Source: Octopus sinensis
Lineage: Eukaryota
Assembly: GCF_006345805.1 (NCBI RefSeq)
Contig: NC_043001.1
Location: forward strand, 34,596,001 to 34,660,000
Length of the DNA: 64,000 nucleotides
Direction: 5' to 3'
Shown: one piece after another, positions 25,790 through 40,512 of the stretch
Numbering within the stretch: position 1 is the first letter of the stretch
Layout: the number at the start of each line of letters is the position of its first letter
Notes under the pieces: generated by a model
Databases searched by the model: none
What the model saw: only the letters and a program-made list of their open reading frames with translations
Told to the model about the DNA's origin: nothing
Position numbers and translations under genes: made by a program

Positions 25790-27241
25790 TGATAGATAGA
25801 TAGGATAATATTTGTGTATGTGTGTGTGTGCCTATGTAGCACATGATTAAAACCTCCTATACAGTACATTAAATGCCGATAAAACATAGTATGGAGTACA
25901 TTATAAGTCGATAAAAAGCACTATATAGTAGATTATTACATTATAAGTCGATAAACCTGCGAACTTGTAAACACCAATTTTACGCAGTGTTATTGCTTGG
26001 AACGAACTTGGAAGTTCTCTTTAAGCAAAGTAGATATTAAAACCGCCAATAAAAGTTTTGTCTGATGTTAGTCTTTTGTTGTAGATGGACGTTGCATTGT
26101 GTTAAAGGACATGTGTCTATATTACTGGAACTAATAGGGTAATGCTGTGCTACACAAGCCGAGATTCCGATGCAGATTATATAAGAGAAACATTCTCGAC
26201 ACATCTCTCTCTCTCTCCTTTATTGTTACTTTTAATTTATCTCTCTCTTTCCTCATGTATCTACCTTTCTCCATTCTTCTCTCTCTCTCTCTCTCTTCTC
26301 GTTTCTTTCTCATTTTGTCTTTTCAAATACACACAGTCGCACAGTGATTTAGAGGTACGGAGTCAGGCGCACACATATTCATCTATGCATATCGCTATAC
26401 AACAGGGATTTGATTAGAAATGAATATGTATGCCTGTACTACGGTGAAATGTGTATATGTAATTATGTATGCAATATAAGCATGTATGTTGCATGCATGT
26501 AACGACGAAAAATGCATTGATCCATTCGGTTACTTTTATTCTGATGGGCATCTAAGCACACAAGCACACACAAACGTCTATGTAGCAGCTTGCGTGCTAA
26601 CATGATTCCACATTAGCATATATGTGCATATATACAGAAACACACTCAAACAATTACTCAAACGCACACCTACTTTTCAAATACAGCCATTCATAATGCT
26701 TGAACATCAAGCAAATATATACATGAAACAATAAAAATATATAAAAATGAAATTGAGTTATAGACAGACATTCAAACACAGCGATACATACACATATGCA
26801 GACACGAACTCGCGCGCATAAACACACAGGCCTACACGTGTGCGAACCTCTTCACACTGATATACTGTGATACACACGTATATGTGTTCCTTTTAGCTGT
26901 TGCTTTCAAGGAAATGTTCATGAAAAGATTATGCCTGAGGGATAATAGATACCTGAAACTTATTTGAAACCTGTGCAATGCCTTCCAGTTCCATTTTTAA
27001 AAGCGCGCACCACACACACACACGCACACACACACACACAAACACACACATACACACACACACACACACATGCACACACGTTCGCACACACATGCATAAA
27101 AACATACAAAGCACATACTTGCATGCTAAATTCATTCTCCATTTCTTTCACACGCAGATGTATATACAAAAACAAAAACAAAAAAAATTCATAATAGCCC
27201 ACGTGTGTAAAAATATGAAAATAGACATAAGTATGTACACA

Positions 27242-27277
<36 letters not shown>

Positions 27278-27779
27278 AACACATAGCGAAACACACACAT
27301 ATGCATAACATTATATGTATATGTATTGCATATATACATACAAGCGCACTTGCGTGCGCGCCTTTATTGCTGCCTTCGCACTCGAGAAGCTTCCTAGCAA
27401 AAGAAAGACACATTCGTATTTCAGGATGTTTCTAGAAAAACGATCTAAGATTTTTGAACATGCACGCAAGCACACACGAACTCCGGAAAACTGCAACTGA
27501 ATAAAGAACACAATGTCTTATGGATCTTAGTGCCTGGTTTCATTTATCAACTGAGTAATACGGCACAGTTGCTTAAATATAGATTTGCCTCTTTTCAAAG
27601 ATGGGAATGTTTTAGAATTTTCGATAAGTAACGCGTACGTATTGAAATAACAGTAGCTTTGTAAGGTACTTCCTCCTTAATAAATCTATACATACTTACA
27701 CAGACCCCCCCCCCCCACACACACACATTCTCTCTCTCTCTCACATACACATGTATGTGTGTGTGTGTGTGTGTGCGTG

Positions 27780-27810
<31 letters not shown>

Positions 27811-27811
<1 letters not shown>

Positions 27812-28068
27812 GAGGCGCGTGGCTTAGTGATTAGGGTATCAGCATCGTGATCGTAAGATTGTAGTTTCATTACTTGGACCGGGCGACGCGTTGTGTTCTT
27901 GAGCAAAACACTTCATTTCACGTTGCTCCAGTTCAGTCAGCTGGCAAAAATGAGCAACGCTAGGATGGACGGGCGTCCCGTCCAGCTGTGGAATGCATAC
28001 GCCATAGAAACCGGGAAACCGGGTCCATGAGCCTGGCTAGTCTTTAAAAGGGTGCATTTATTTATTTA
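27811..28068 (+). mobile_element. tRNA-derived SINE, family C (head and core shared with family D, different tail)
   Basis: GGAGGCGCGTGGCTTAGTG head; TTCTTGAGCAAAACACTTCATTTCACGTTGCTCCAG; tail ...TTTAAAAGGGTGCATTTATTTATTT. Confidence 0.85.
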
Positions 28069-28130
28069 TTATATATGTTTCATGGTGAATCTCGAAGTGG
28101 TTATAGCTACAAATAATAGTATGAGGTATA

Positions 28131-28355
28131 CAGCAATCCCTCGACTATCGCGGGTATTACGTTTCCCTCCCTACCCCACGATAGATACAAATTCACGAAG
28201 TACAATCAGTACTGTTCGGTATATTTTTTTTTATTATTTTAATAATTTGTATATATTTATTTTATTATAAATACAAAACAACACCATGGAGGAATCGACA
28301 TAAGCTTAAATAATAAACCGTGATAGGTGAACCGCGATATGGCGAGCGGTTACTG
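28131..28355. mobile_element. pogo/Tigger-like MITE with TA target-site duplication
   Basis: TA|CAGCAATCCCTCGACTATCGCGG ... CCGCGATATGGCGAGCGGTTACTG|TA: imperfect TIRs of about 23 bp. Confidence 0.75.
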
Positions 28356-30314
28356 TATTAGATTATAAAAGAATTCTTGGATGGAAAATAAATCTAACTG
28401 CGGGTTTCTGTAATTTGAATACCAGGTGTCGTGTTCCAGTTTTCCATTCAAGAAATTTTTACGTAATATGCATGCTGTTGTTTTATCTGTTTTTCTTTCC
28501 AAACTCACCGTAAAATTTTTTTCACATCAAGTCTTCAATATTCAAATATGATGGAGTTTTGAAAGAATAAGACGATAGTTTTGAACGTATACTAGTTTTG
28601 AACTCATCTTGCGCATTTCATTCTTAGTAGATCTGCATGCAAAAATTTTATTATTGGACACCTGTGTCAATAGACGTCATCTTGAAGTAACGACGTTTGA
28701 AGTTAGGTTAATCTCTCCTTTTTAAGGAGCAAAGAAAAATTTGGAAGTGGAGATTTCTCACGTGATTTTTTCCATGTTCAAATTTTGCTACAGATTTTGT
28801 CATGGATCAAGCCGGAATCAATTAGATAAATATTTGTATTAAATTGGCAATTATTTTGCAACATATTTACCGACCCTTTTGAGCTGGGCGCAAGGAGAAA
28901 GGTAAAATATTATTTCCCTTCTTTAACAATAAAGTAATTCCTAGTAATCTTTTCTTTTGATAATAACTCGAATACGGTATTGGCTCATATGTAAAATAGA
29001 AAGCTGAAAAGTTTCAATCAAATGAAATTATCAACGTAATTTGTAAATAATTAATGACTTATGACTGCCATCTGATTACATATCAGTTGATCGAAGGATT
29101 CCGACTCACTATAACGCATTTATGAGCCTCTACTGTATTTCTATTTAATATCCTATAAACTCCTCTGGGATATCTTCCCTTCGCCATATTCTTAATGATA
29201 TTAAATGCAACCGTCTCCAATTTTTATTGTATCTTAACTATTTTTCGATGCTATTTATTCAGACAGATATGACATAATCCATGACCTTTCCACGCCTTAC
29301 CATAGCGAACAGGCTGATGGAATTGATGTTCATTTTGACATACGCTGCTGGATATATACATATAGCTTTCATTACCAAATATCATTGCATTAAGTTAGCA
29401 CAAATCATTCAGTAAAATGCTTTATGACATGAGAAATACATAAAAACAGTATTAAAACTTTATCGCCAATGATACGAACGCATATATTATTTTATATATT
29501 TTATCAACTAAGATTGAATCTGATGTATATTTAACAAATCTAATTTGGGTTTGAACACAAAAATCTCAATAAATAGAATGCAATTTTATAACTGAAAATG
29601 AAGGGAGAATATAACACTTTGGTTGATAACATTTTACTATTATGGAACTGCCAGAATCTTACAGGTTTTAACACCTGTGGCTGCTCCAGTTATATAATGT
29701 GGCGCACTGAAATACTGTCTTAAAACTGAAAAGAAATCGTGTTTTTCTTTTCAGAATATTCACTTTCTTTCACCCATTGTTTTGGCAATTCTTTTCTGCT
29801 TTTTATAACAGACGTTACTTTCTCCTTTGTTCATGAGATGATATTCCTCTGCTCGATGTGCACCTGAAACTATAAAACTCTGTAATGACCTGAGCTATGT
29901 AACTGAAACCTTGCTTTCATTGAGAGGAAACAATTGACAGAACTGCAGTGGATAACAACGATAAGAACTGCCAGCTGGAATAACAACGAAAACAACACCA
30001 ACGTGAGCATTTGTTTAAAGGTGAAAGTCATTGGTTAGAATAAAACTTTTACTTTCTCTCATTTTTATAATGTTGCTTCAAAATGGCAACAGCTCGGTTG
30101 TGTCCGTAAGGAGCAATTTAGAGTAATATGTTACTTTTAGTTACGTAACTTCACATTCTGAGTTCAAATCTTACAAGAGGTTATCTTTGTATTTTTCCCT
30201 TTAGGTTGATAAGATAAAAAATAACTATTGTGGTAATAAATATAGAATATATACAATGCTTAACGAAGTTTTCCAATTGAAATTATCAAAGACGGAAACC
30301 GTGGAACAGCTCGT

Positions 30315-30442
30315 TTATATGGCTTGCTTCTCAACCACATGGTTCCAGGTTTAGTCCCACTGCGTGGCATCTTGGGTAAGTGTCTTCTACTATAGCCTCG
30401 GGCCGACCAAAACCTTGTGACAAAAACTGAAAGCGGCCTGTC

Positions 30443-30482
<40 letters not shown>

Positions 30483-30676
30483 TTGCGCGTGTGACATTTG
30501 TATTTGTGTTTGTCTCCCACCGCCGTTAGACAACCGGTGTTGGTGCGTTTACGTCTCCGTAAATTTGCGGTTCGGCAAAACAGAGCGATAGAATAAGTAC
30601 CAGGCTTTAAAAGTAAGCTCTGGGAATCGATTTGTTCCGCTAAACCCCGGTATAGCCGCAGTCAAAAATGATTGAA

Positions 30677-30707
<31 letters not shown>

Positions 30708-30930
30708 ATGTGATGTGTGTGTGTGGTGTGTGTGTGTTTGCGCGTGTGACATTTGTATTTGTGTTTGTCTCCCACCGCCGTTAGACAACCGGTGTTGGTG
30801 CGTTTACGTCTCCGTAAATTTGCGGTCGGCAAAACAGAGCGATAGAATAAGTACCAGGCTTTAAAAGTAAGCTCTGGGAATCGATTTGTTCCGCTAAACC
30901 CCGGTATAGCCGCAGTCAAAAATGATTGAA

Positions 30931-30961
<31 letters not shown>

Positions 30962-30990
30962 ATGTGATGTGTGTGTGTGTGTGTGTATCT
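30315..30990 (+). mobile_element. SINE family A with a near-perfect 255-bp tandem duplication of its 3' half
   Basis: The unit starting gtttgcgcgtgtgac occurs at 30481 and again at 30736. Confidence 0.85.
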
Positions 30991-31159
30991 ATCTATATAT
31001 ATATATATATATATGGATGTGTGTGTGTGCGTGTGTGAATGACCCTGCTGAAGCATATACTACACAATGCTTGCAAGTAGTGGCGAGTGAATGGTTAAGT
31101 AGAAAGAATAAATTGTAGATGTAAAAAAAAAGCAAAACGAAGACAAATATTCTTTTCTA

Positions 31160-31365
31160 CTCTACGTACAAGGTCCAGAATTTTTGGGAAGGGGGCAGTC
31201 GATTAGACCTACTTCAGTATGCAACTGGTTCTCAATTTATCGACCCTGAAAGGATAAAAGGTACAGTCGACCTCGTCGGAATTTGAACTCAGAACGTAAG
31301 GACAGATGAAATGCTGCTAAGCATTTCGCCCGATGCGCTAACGTTTCTGCCAGTTCGCCACCTTG
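31160..31365 (-). mobile_element. SINE family B
   Basis: CGACCCTGAAAGGATAAAAGG...GGAATTTGAACTCAGAACG on the plus strand. Confidence 0.8.
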
Positions 31366-31679
31366 AAAACGGAGACTAATATTACTCTGATTGAATACTC
31401 AGCGATGCGATCCTCGGAAATATTAATACAATTTGTAGTACGAATAAGAAAATAATATGAAATATTTATAAGATAAGGATAAAGGTAGTTCTTATTCCCA
31501 GGCGAATATTACTGTAAAAATTTCATTGATATGGGGCTTAGAAGTTTGTCTCTGCCTGATTTTGAGTTCAGTCCTATTGTGCGGCATTTTGGTCAAGTGT
31601 CGTCTGTTATAAATTCTAAAGGGCCAATACTTTATGAGTGAATATGAAAATTGTGCAAACATCTAAATTATGGGGACGT

Positions 31680-31860
31680 CAACACACCAACACCGATTGT
31701 CAAGCTTCTTTCATTTACCGTCTACCAAATCTACTCAGAAGGCTTTGGTTGGCTCCTGGCTATAGTATAAAACACTTGTCCAAGGTGCCACGATATAGAA
31801 CTGAATCCGGAAGTATGTGGTTGGGTAGCAAGCTTCTTACCACACAGCCACGCCTGCGCC
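31680..31860 (-). mobile_element. SINE family A, 5' half
   Basis: CACTTGTCCAAGGTGCCACG...CTTACCACACAGCCACGCC. Confidence 0.75.
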
Positions 31861-31991
31861 TATATCGAAACTATACCGGTTCTCAAATTGTGTTGGTGAA
31901 GACAAACCCAAACATATAAATGCATATGCACATCAAATCAAACTTTTAAGACGCATATCAATGCCTTTATCCTCATCTTATAAAAATTTAT

Positions 31992-32400
31992 AGGCGTACG
32001 AGTGACTATGTGGTAAGTAGCTTGCTTACGAACCACATGATTCCGGGTTCAGTCCCACTGAGTGGCCCCTTGGGCAAGTGTCTCCTACTATAGCCTCGGG
32101 CAGACCAGAGCCTTGTGAGTGGACTTGGTAGGCGGAAACCGAAAGAAGCCCGTCATAAATATGTATGTATATATATATGTATATGTGTGTATGTGTTTGT
32201 GTGTCTATGTTTGTTTCCCCCATCATCGCTTGACAACCGATGCTGGTGTGTTTATGTCCCCGTAACTTAGCAGTTCGGCAAAAAGAGACCGATAGAATAA
32301 GTACTAGGCTTACAAAGAATAAGTCCCGGGGTCGATTTGCTCGACTAAAGGCAGTGCTTCAGCATGGCCACAGTCACATGACTGAAACAAGAGTACAAAA
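31992..32400 (+). mobile_element. SINE family A, full length
   Basis: Head, CORE-like motif, internal microsatellite and tail are all present. Confidence 0.9.
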
Positions 32401-33169
32401 GTATAGAAAGGCATCCACATATGTATACATATATCCATTTAAGTTAAGAGTTTTGATGCCATATTCTTAATGTAACTTAACAAAAAGAGATTCAGAAAGT
32501 TGCGAAGGAAATATCGTTTTAACTATAAAACTAATACCATTGCTGTTTGCCACAATTTCTTCGTCGTTCTGCTTTACGATAAACAATTCTTTTCCGAAAA
32601 CATGGAAGAAATGAAAAAGTAGTTATAATTTTTATGGCGTTCTTATCAATACTTGCGACTATTCTTATCTGAAAATTGACTGAAGGCGAAAATTGACTAC
32701 ACGAACATTGAACCTGCATGTAAGAAATTACCAGTGGACATAACGGTGAAATAATCTATGAACTGTTGTGTCTGGGGAGAGTCATTCTCTTTTAGTGCCT
32801 TATTATATAACACACTCACCGGTAAAATTTCCACTTATTTCCTTCTATATTTTTCTAAAATTTTCGTTGCGTCTTGCAGCCTTTTCAATAGTCTTTAGTG
32901 TGTTAAATAATAAAGCGCTAAAAGAGAATGACTCTCCCCAGACACAACAGATTATGTTTCAATACACGAACTCATATAAAGAATCTTGCAAACCAAATCC
33001 AAAAACGAAATCTATGAACTGTAATAAGAGTAATAGTTGTAGTAGTACTAGTATTCGGAATGATAAAATAATATTCCAATCAACATAGGGTAAAGGAAAC
33101 GGTAAGCAAAGATCTATTCGATTCATAAGGATTAGCAATAAAACGAGGTAATAACGGTGGTGGTATACT

Positions 33170-33590
33170 CTTTTGCTCTCTCTTTTACTTGTTTCAGTCA
33201 TTTGACTGCGGCCATGCTGGAGCACCGCGTTTAGTCGAGCAAATCAACCCCAGGACTTATTCCTTGTAAGCCTAGTACTTACTCTATCGGTCTCTTTTGC
33301 CGAACCGCTAAGTGACGGGGACATAAACACACCAGCATCGGTTGTCAAGCAATGCTAGGGGGACAAACACAGACACACAAACATACACACACACATATAT
33401 ATACACATATACATATATACGACAGGCTTCTTTCAGTTTCCGTCTACCAAATCCACTCACAAGACTTTGGTCGGCCCGAGGCTATAGCAGAAGACACTTG
33501 CCCAAGGTCCCACACAGTGGGACTGAACCCGGAACCATGTGGTTGGTTAGCAAGCTACTTACCACACAGCCACTCCTGCGTATATTAAGA
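33170..33590 (-). mobile_element. SINE family A, full length and young
   Basis: Closely similar to the copy at 44925-45335. Confidence 0.92.
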
Positions 33591-34079
33591 AATATAAAAA
33601 AAATTCGCTTGTTTACAAGGTAGTTTATTTGGGAATTCAATTCAATGAAATATTCTCTAGTAATTAAGAAACTATTCAAGGCCTTGAAATGAGAAATATA
33701 AATCAGTTGATTGGCGTTTGACTTTTATGTGTTTGTAGTTAAGATGAAGCAAACACTTATAAAATGTTTAAAAGCCGAGCACAATTCAATTAACTTGTGA
33801 AATGCTTTAGATGATAGTTAACATATTGTATATAACACTAAAGCTATTAAATTTATACAATACTTAATATAAAATAATTTCTAACACTCACATATATGTA
33901 CAAGCATACATCCTTATATACATATACATGTATATAGTCTACAGATGAGATTGAAAGAATCTTAATATAGAAAACACTTTGTAGCGCTCAAATAATTTGA
34001 AATTATATTCCATCTTTTATGGTGTTCTTATCAATAAATACTTGCAACTATTATCTGACAGAATTTAGTTTGTTCGTAT

Positions 34080-34240
34080 CGAATACCATTCCTCAATATC
34101 TTCAAGTTGAAAGAGATGTGCTGCAAGGAAATCTTTTGGGCCCTGTTCTTTTTCTCATTTATATCTATGGCATCATATCAGTTATCAGACCAGCCTCTTC
34201 AAAATTAAGTGCAGATAATGTTATATTTCTCGTCCTCGTC
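34080..34240 (+). pseudogene. Highly decayed LINE RT remnant
   Basis: VERDVLQGNLLGPVLFLIYIYGI...SKLSADN resembles [21 protein letters not shown]...KLFADD. Confidence 0.6.
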
Positions 34241-34756
34241 AAAAAATGATTCCAGTGGAAGAAGAATTAAAAAACAAACAAACTGAGAGCCAAAACTACA
34301 CCGAAATCCAAGACAACAGAGCAAAGAGTGGCTGCAAGGAGAATCCAAATGAACAGATATGAAGTCAACGATTCAAAGAAAATATTTTCTCCCTCCTGTT
34401 TCTTCCTCCTCTTTTTTCTTCATTTCCATCAACTCTATACGACTTCCCCTGCCACATATTTGACCCCACCCTTTCCCATTTCATATTCTTTGACCTTTTA
34501 ATTTTTTCCGAATTTTTCTTTTTGCTATTCTGTATTTCTGGCTTCTCTATTCAGTTCAATTCACATCTACGGTGAGTTAACTTGAATATTCCAAGCGACA
34601 ATGTAATCTTCATTTAACTAAAGTAATCCCGGTTTGATGTACTAGTTGAGAACCTATCGTTGACTAACTATTACATCAGAGAATCAATTACCTAGAAAAC
34701 ATGCACAGCCTGCTTTTTTGGATATATATTATATCTATATCCCTCAATTTGGATAC

Positions 34757-34851
<95 letters not shown>

Positions 34852-34856
34852 CATCC

Positions 34857-34908
<52 letters not shown>

Positions 34909-35911
34909 GTCTATCTATCTGTCTGTCTCCTTGTCTCCCTCTCTATCTGTCTGTCTCCCTGTCTGTCTGTTTGTATACGTTTATATGTATATCCAAATGG
35001 ATGAGGAATACAATAGCTAAAGCATTGAATTTGTGGAAACGTACGTAGCAATGCATTAAATGATTTATGAATTTTCATCCAAAGGTTCTCGTTATTACTA
35101 TATATATATATATTGATAGATAGAATGCATACATATAATTCCTAGAGTTTCTATCTGTCAAATTCCCTTCGATGTCATTGGTCAACCCGGGGTTGTTATA
35201 GGAGACACTTTCCTAAGATTCAGCACAGTAGTTTCGAAACAAATACCACAAGGTTACACAACAAATTTCTTAACCACACAATAATGCCAGCACGTATGGC
35301 TATAATTAATCTTACAGCCGTACCAGTATATGCACAACACACAGAATGTAATGCTAGAAAGTCTAGCTATGCAGGAGATTATAAAATATAAATGCATTCC
35401 TTCTATGCTTTCAATGTACGGAAAGAAGAATGATGTATCTATTGATGTATTTCTTCTGAAATGAGTTACAAATATTTCCTTGTAACTCTCACCATTACAA
35501 ATGCAGTGAACTAATAATCGTGATACTGGAAACCTGTAACTAACGTCATTATCGTTGACCAATAGAGATATAAAATATACAAATACGATGAATCTCTCGT
35601 CACCATATAAGTCGTAAATTCTAACCCTCACATAAACATTTTGATTTATATCTCTGTCGGATTAGAAAAAAAATTGACTCATATCTTTAAGTCGTTTCCA
35701 GATCGTTTTATGCTTCTGAATTTTCTAATTATCATAATTTTTTGATAGTGTTCTTTTCAAAACAACTCCCTGTCTATGATTCCTTTTATTGTTCTCCATT
35801 TCAATCCGGCATTTCCCCTTCCTCCCTCTCATATGTAAGTATCATAAACATTTCATAGAATCCATTTAGAATTTCAAATTTGCATATTCACTCTCAGTTA
35901 TATATATATAT

Positions 35912-35968
<57 letters not shown>

Positions 35969-36035
35969 CGTGTGTATATAAATATATATATATGTGTGTG
36001 TGTGCGTGTGTATATAAATATATATATATATATAC

Positions 36036-36080
<45 letters not shown>

Positions 36081-36753
36081 TATATACACTTACTTTTTTT
36101 TCTTCAGTTCAATAAATATTTCTATTATATTTTACAGCACACTAAAATGGCCGAGCACAAGTATATATACATACAGATATGCACAGGTACACATACACAC
36201 AGACTCATATATTCACTTGGCTTTCTGAGTTCATTTCTCATTGCATGTCAATCTTGATATCTGTATTGAACATTCGTACTATAATAACCACATTAAAAAT
36301 ATGCTATGTTGCAATCTCATGTTGCACTACAGTCGTAAAAATATCTTTGAATACACGTACCTTTCCTTAGAGTTTCTTACTATTACATGTACCCGAATAC
36401 AGACAAATGCACACAAATATAAACATGTGTGCTAGTGAGGACACTTTGAGAGCTACGAACCACATGTCGTCGAACATTAAGTTGGCGCCGCCAATTTATG
36501 GTAAACAGTGTTGCTATAAATCCCGGAGGAAAAATCGAAGCTCTCAAAAGAACGATGAATTCAGGGGTAGCTATGTGGTAAGAAGTTTGCTCCTCAACCA
36601 CATAATTCCGAGTTCAGACCCACTGCCTGGCATCTTGGGCAAGTGTTTTCTACTACAGCTTTCGAATGACCAAGGCCTTATAAGTGGATTTTGTAGACCG
36701 AAACTGAAAGAAACTCGTATATACATACATACATACATAATACATATATATAT

Positions 36754-36803
36754 ATAAGAAGGTCGAAGGTGTGTGTAGACTGCGTTGATAGCTGTGTCTG
36801 TAA

Positions 36804-36837
<34 letters not shown>

Positions 36838-36940
36838 TATATATATATATATATATATTATAATATATATATGGGTGTGTGTGTGTGTGTGTACAGACAC
36901 AGCTATCAACGCAGTCTACACACACCTTCGACCTTCTTAT
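36754..36940. repeat. Perfect 49-bp inverted repeat enclosing (CA)n-(TA)n-(TG)n
   Basis: 36754-36802 is the exact reverse complement of 36892-36940. Confidence 0.95.
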
Positions 36941-37677
36941 CTTCTCTGACCTTCTCATGTCGACCGGCTACTGGTCTATTTATAATAGGTGACACTTTTT
37001 GCCGGGAGGGATGTAGTTTCACTATACAAACTTTTACTTCGGACATTAAAATGCGTTTAAATCCATCCAAAATATTTCTAGACTTTCGTAGATTCATATT
37101 GACGCCGACGTGATGCTGGTTTGAGCTGTGAAAACGTTATCAGATAAATTTAAATATTTCTTCGTTAGACTAGAATCGCTCAGAATTTAAGTTTTGTTTC
37201 TTGTTAGTGAATTCTCTGTGTATATTTTACGATTAGGTTGTCTATAATTATTGCTTCCTTCTTTAATTGCCTAATTTTGTGCAGAATTCTAAGGAATATA
37301 GATGTATTGGTCACTAAAGGATACCTATTTAGCTTTGCATTGTGTTGTAATTTGCAATCCATTCTTATTGATGTGGATGAAAGCTGCTGGGAGAGTATCG
37401 CTTTCCCTGGCTGTGGTTAATGCAACAGTTGAAGTCGTGAAGTTAACAACGTTCACACTTACAACAGAATTAATAAAGCAATTTCGTAGCTTGTAGGTTA
37501 TTCTCACGTGTACACGCTCTCGTCTGTTAGAGACGAGAATATTTTAAAACCCAGTATTTTCCAGTTTATAATCAGTGTTAGTTTATGACGTCGTAATATA
37601 CATTTCCAAAGAAATTTGAAGAAACTCGTACGAAAATATGAAATGAACACCAGTAAAGGCACTACTGGAATACAATA

Positions 37678-37738
<61 letters not shown>

Positions 37739-37828
37739 TATTAGAGACAAAATAATATATAAAATTGGATTTAATCCTAAATCTGATTTTTTTTCCCTGT
37801 AAATTTGGATTTATTCCCTAATATTTAT

Positions 37829-37884
<56 letters not shown>

Positions 37885-37949
37885 ATATATGCATGTGTAT
37901 GTGTGTATTTATGTATATGCATATTGAGTCTACACACAAGTGAATATAT

Positions 37950-38325
37950 TCTTTTATTCTTTTACTTGTTTCAGCCATTTAACTGCAGCCATGCTGGAGC
38001 ACCACCTTTAGTCGACCAAATCAACCCCAGAACTTATTCTTTGTAAGCCTAGTTCTTATTCTGTCGATCTCTTTTGCAAAACCGCTTAGTTACAGAGATA
38101 TAAACACACCAACATCGGTTGTCAAGCGATATTGGTGGGACAAACACAGAAACACAAACATATACACACACATACATATATATACATATACGACGGGCTT
38201 CTTTCAGTTTCCGTCTACCAAATCCATTCACAAGGTTCTGGTCGGTACGAGGCTATAGGCGAGAACACTTGCCCAAGGTGCCACGCAGCGGGACAGAACC
38301 CAGGACCATGTGGTTGGCAAGCTAG
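37950..38325 (-). mobile_element. SINE family A
   Basis: Tail, internal microsatellite, CORE-like motif and head. Confidence 0.88.
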
Positions 38326-38904
38326 GTTTATATATATATATATATATATGCTTGTACATAAAAAAATCATTTATATTTACATATTATGCAAATGTATATA
38401 TATTGAGTCACATATATTTCTACGCATACACTGAAATCACTTGAAAACACTACTAAAATGTATGTCGCTTGCACGACAATTATAGCGATATATCGTTTCT
38501 CTAAAACTAAAATGGTAATCCGGCAATAGTAATACTACCATTTTCAAAACCTCATACATATCCTGATGGGCGACTTGAACTTGGCAAGAGATTACAGATT
38601 TTTACGAAAGAATATGATGGCAGAGGAGGGAATCTGTAGGTGATTGGTGAGGACGGTGGGAGAGATGTTTCGTTGTCATTTACACCAGTCAGCCAATAGT
38701 GATTCACTATAGCAGTGCATGAGGCGTTTTAATAGCCATTAGTTTTAAATACATCAACATCATTTCTAATCTCTCTTTATTCCATTAGGCAGTAGCAGTC
38801 CAAATAAATAAATTAAATATTGAGTATCCAAATGCAGCAGCAAGCGACAGCAAATAATGAATATGTGTATGTGTGTATGTGTAAATGTGTGTGTATTTGT
38901 GAGC

Positions 38905-38960
<56 letters not shown>

Positions 38961-38986
38961 ATATATATATATATATATATGTATAT

Positions 38987-39020
<34 letters not shown>

Positions 39021-39098
39021 TGCATATATATATATTTGTATATATATGCATATATATATAATATATATATAAAATATTATATACATATATATAGTTTA

Positions 39099-39156
<58 letters not shown>

Positions 39157-39192
39157 CCACAGTTATGTATATATGTATATGTGTATAAATGC

Positions 39193-39223
<31 letters not shown>

Positions 39224-40155
39224 GTTATGCATGTGTATATGTGTGCATGTTTATACATACAGTTGGGGAAGACGGAAAAAAAAAGTCGTAAGAGAATATG
39301 AAATGATAAGTTTGGTGTAGAAGTGATGGAATCTAAATAAGAAGTTGTTGAGAGTAATATAGTAATGTAATATAACAACTACAAATACATAAAAATTAAT
39401 AAAAAACAAAGGCATAAATCTACATTAGCATCACGAGAAACATATATGCAATCATAATACGCTTCTACTAAACCAGTGTATGCATGTTTCAGATAATAAG
39501 CTGGGGAATAGTGATGTATCATCCGTTTTGGTTAGTTATTTATTTAAATAGCAAGCATTACACACTCATATTTATACACAGACATACACAGTTACTTATA
39601 CACTCATGCACATAAGTATATGTGTAGGTTTTGCCAAAAGACATGTAGGAGCCTGAGGGGCTTAAACAGCTACTATCCAAAGCCCAATTCATTTTATAGT
39701 CACTGATAGTCTTCGTCGCAGACAAGTGATCTAGCTCTATACGACCTATTCGTGCGCGCATGCATAGTCACACACACTCATACACACATATGCGTACATA
39801 AAAATGTGTGCGCTTACGTGTGAGACTGTACGTAGGAATATATAGGTAGATAGATATACGCACATACACACACACTTAACTACATATTTGTACAGATACG
39901 TGCGCACACATACACACACACACGTGTATGTGTTTGTGTGTGTCTGTTGATGAATTGAATGAATCTTTATCGTAAGCATAATTGTATCATATACATATGT
40001 AATCGCGTATAACATTCAAATAGATATTTGTATTCACACACGGTTATGCAGTTAAGAAGTCCATTGCATAAACACGTGGGTTCTGGATTCAATTCCACTA
40101 CTTGATTAAAGTATTCTACAAAACCATGCTAACCAATGACGCTGGTTGAGGTCAA

Positions 40156-40196
<41 letters not shown>

Positions 40197-40512
40197 GTCT
40201 ATCTATCTATCTATCTATCTATATCTATCTATCTATCTATCTATCTATCAATCTATCTATCTATCTATCTATTTATATTTAATGTAGGATAAAATTTTTT
40301 TTCGAAAAAAATGTTATCAATGGCCAGCATATTAAAAAATACCTTTAAAGGTTAAATTTATAAACAACTTATAAATAAGGGCAAACGAAAAAAATTATAA
40401 TGCCAAATATGCCGAAATTAGACATCCTGCCCATAACCATATAATTTTTCACAATAAGCACGCTACTCAAAAAAGGTCGACAGAAATTTCTAAAAAATTC
40501 CATTATTACCAT

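Noticed and set aside
33342-33623. Recurrent similar ORFs (e.g. RQASFSFRLPNPLTR..., LRRLRRRESQLIRSTKQL) suggesting a gene family
   Set aside because: They are chance reading frames through SINE A and SINE D copies.
39558-39761. Short minus-strand ORF (ELDHLSATKTISDYKMNW...) and an open stretch at about 41095-41300 as candidate exons
   Set aside because: No recognisable homology, no convincing paired splice sites and no supporting neighbouring exons.
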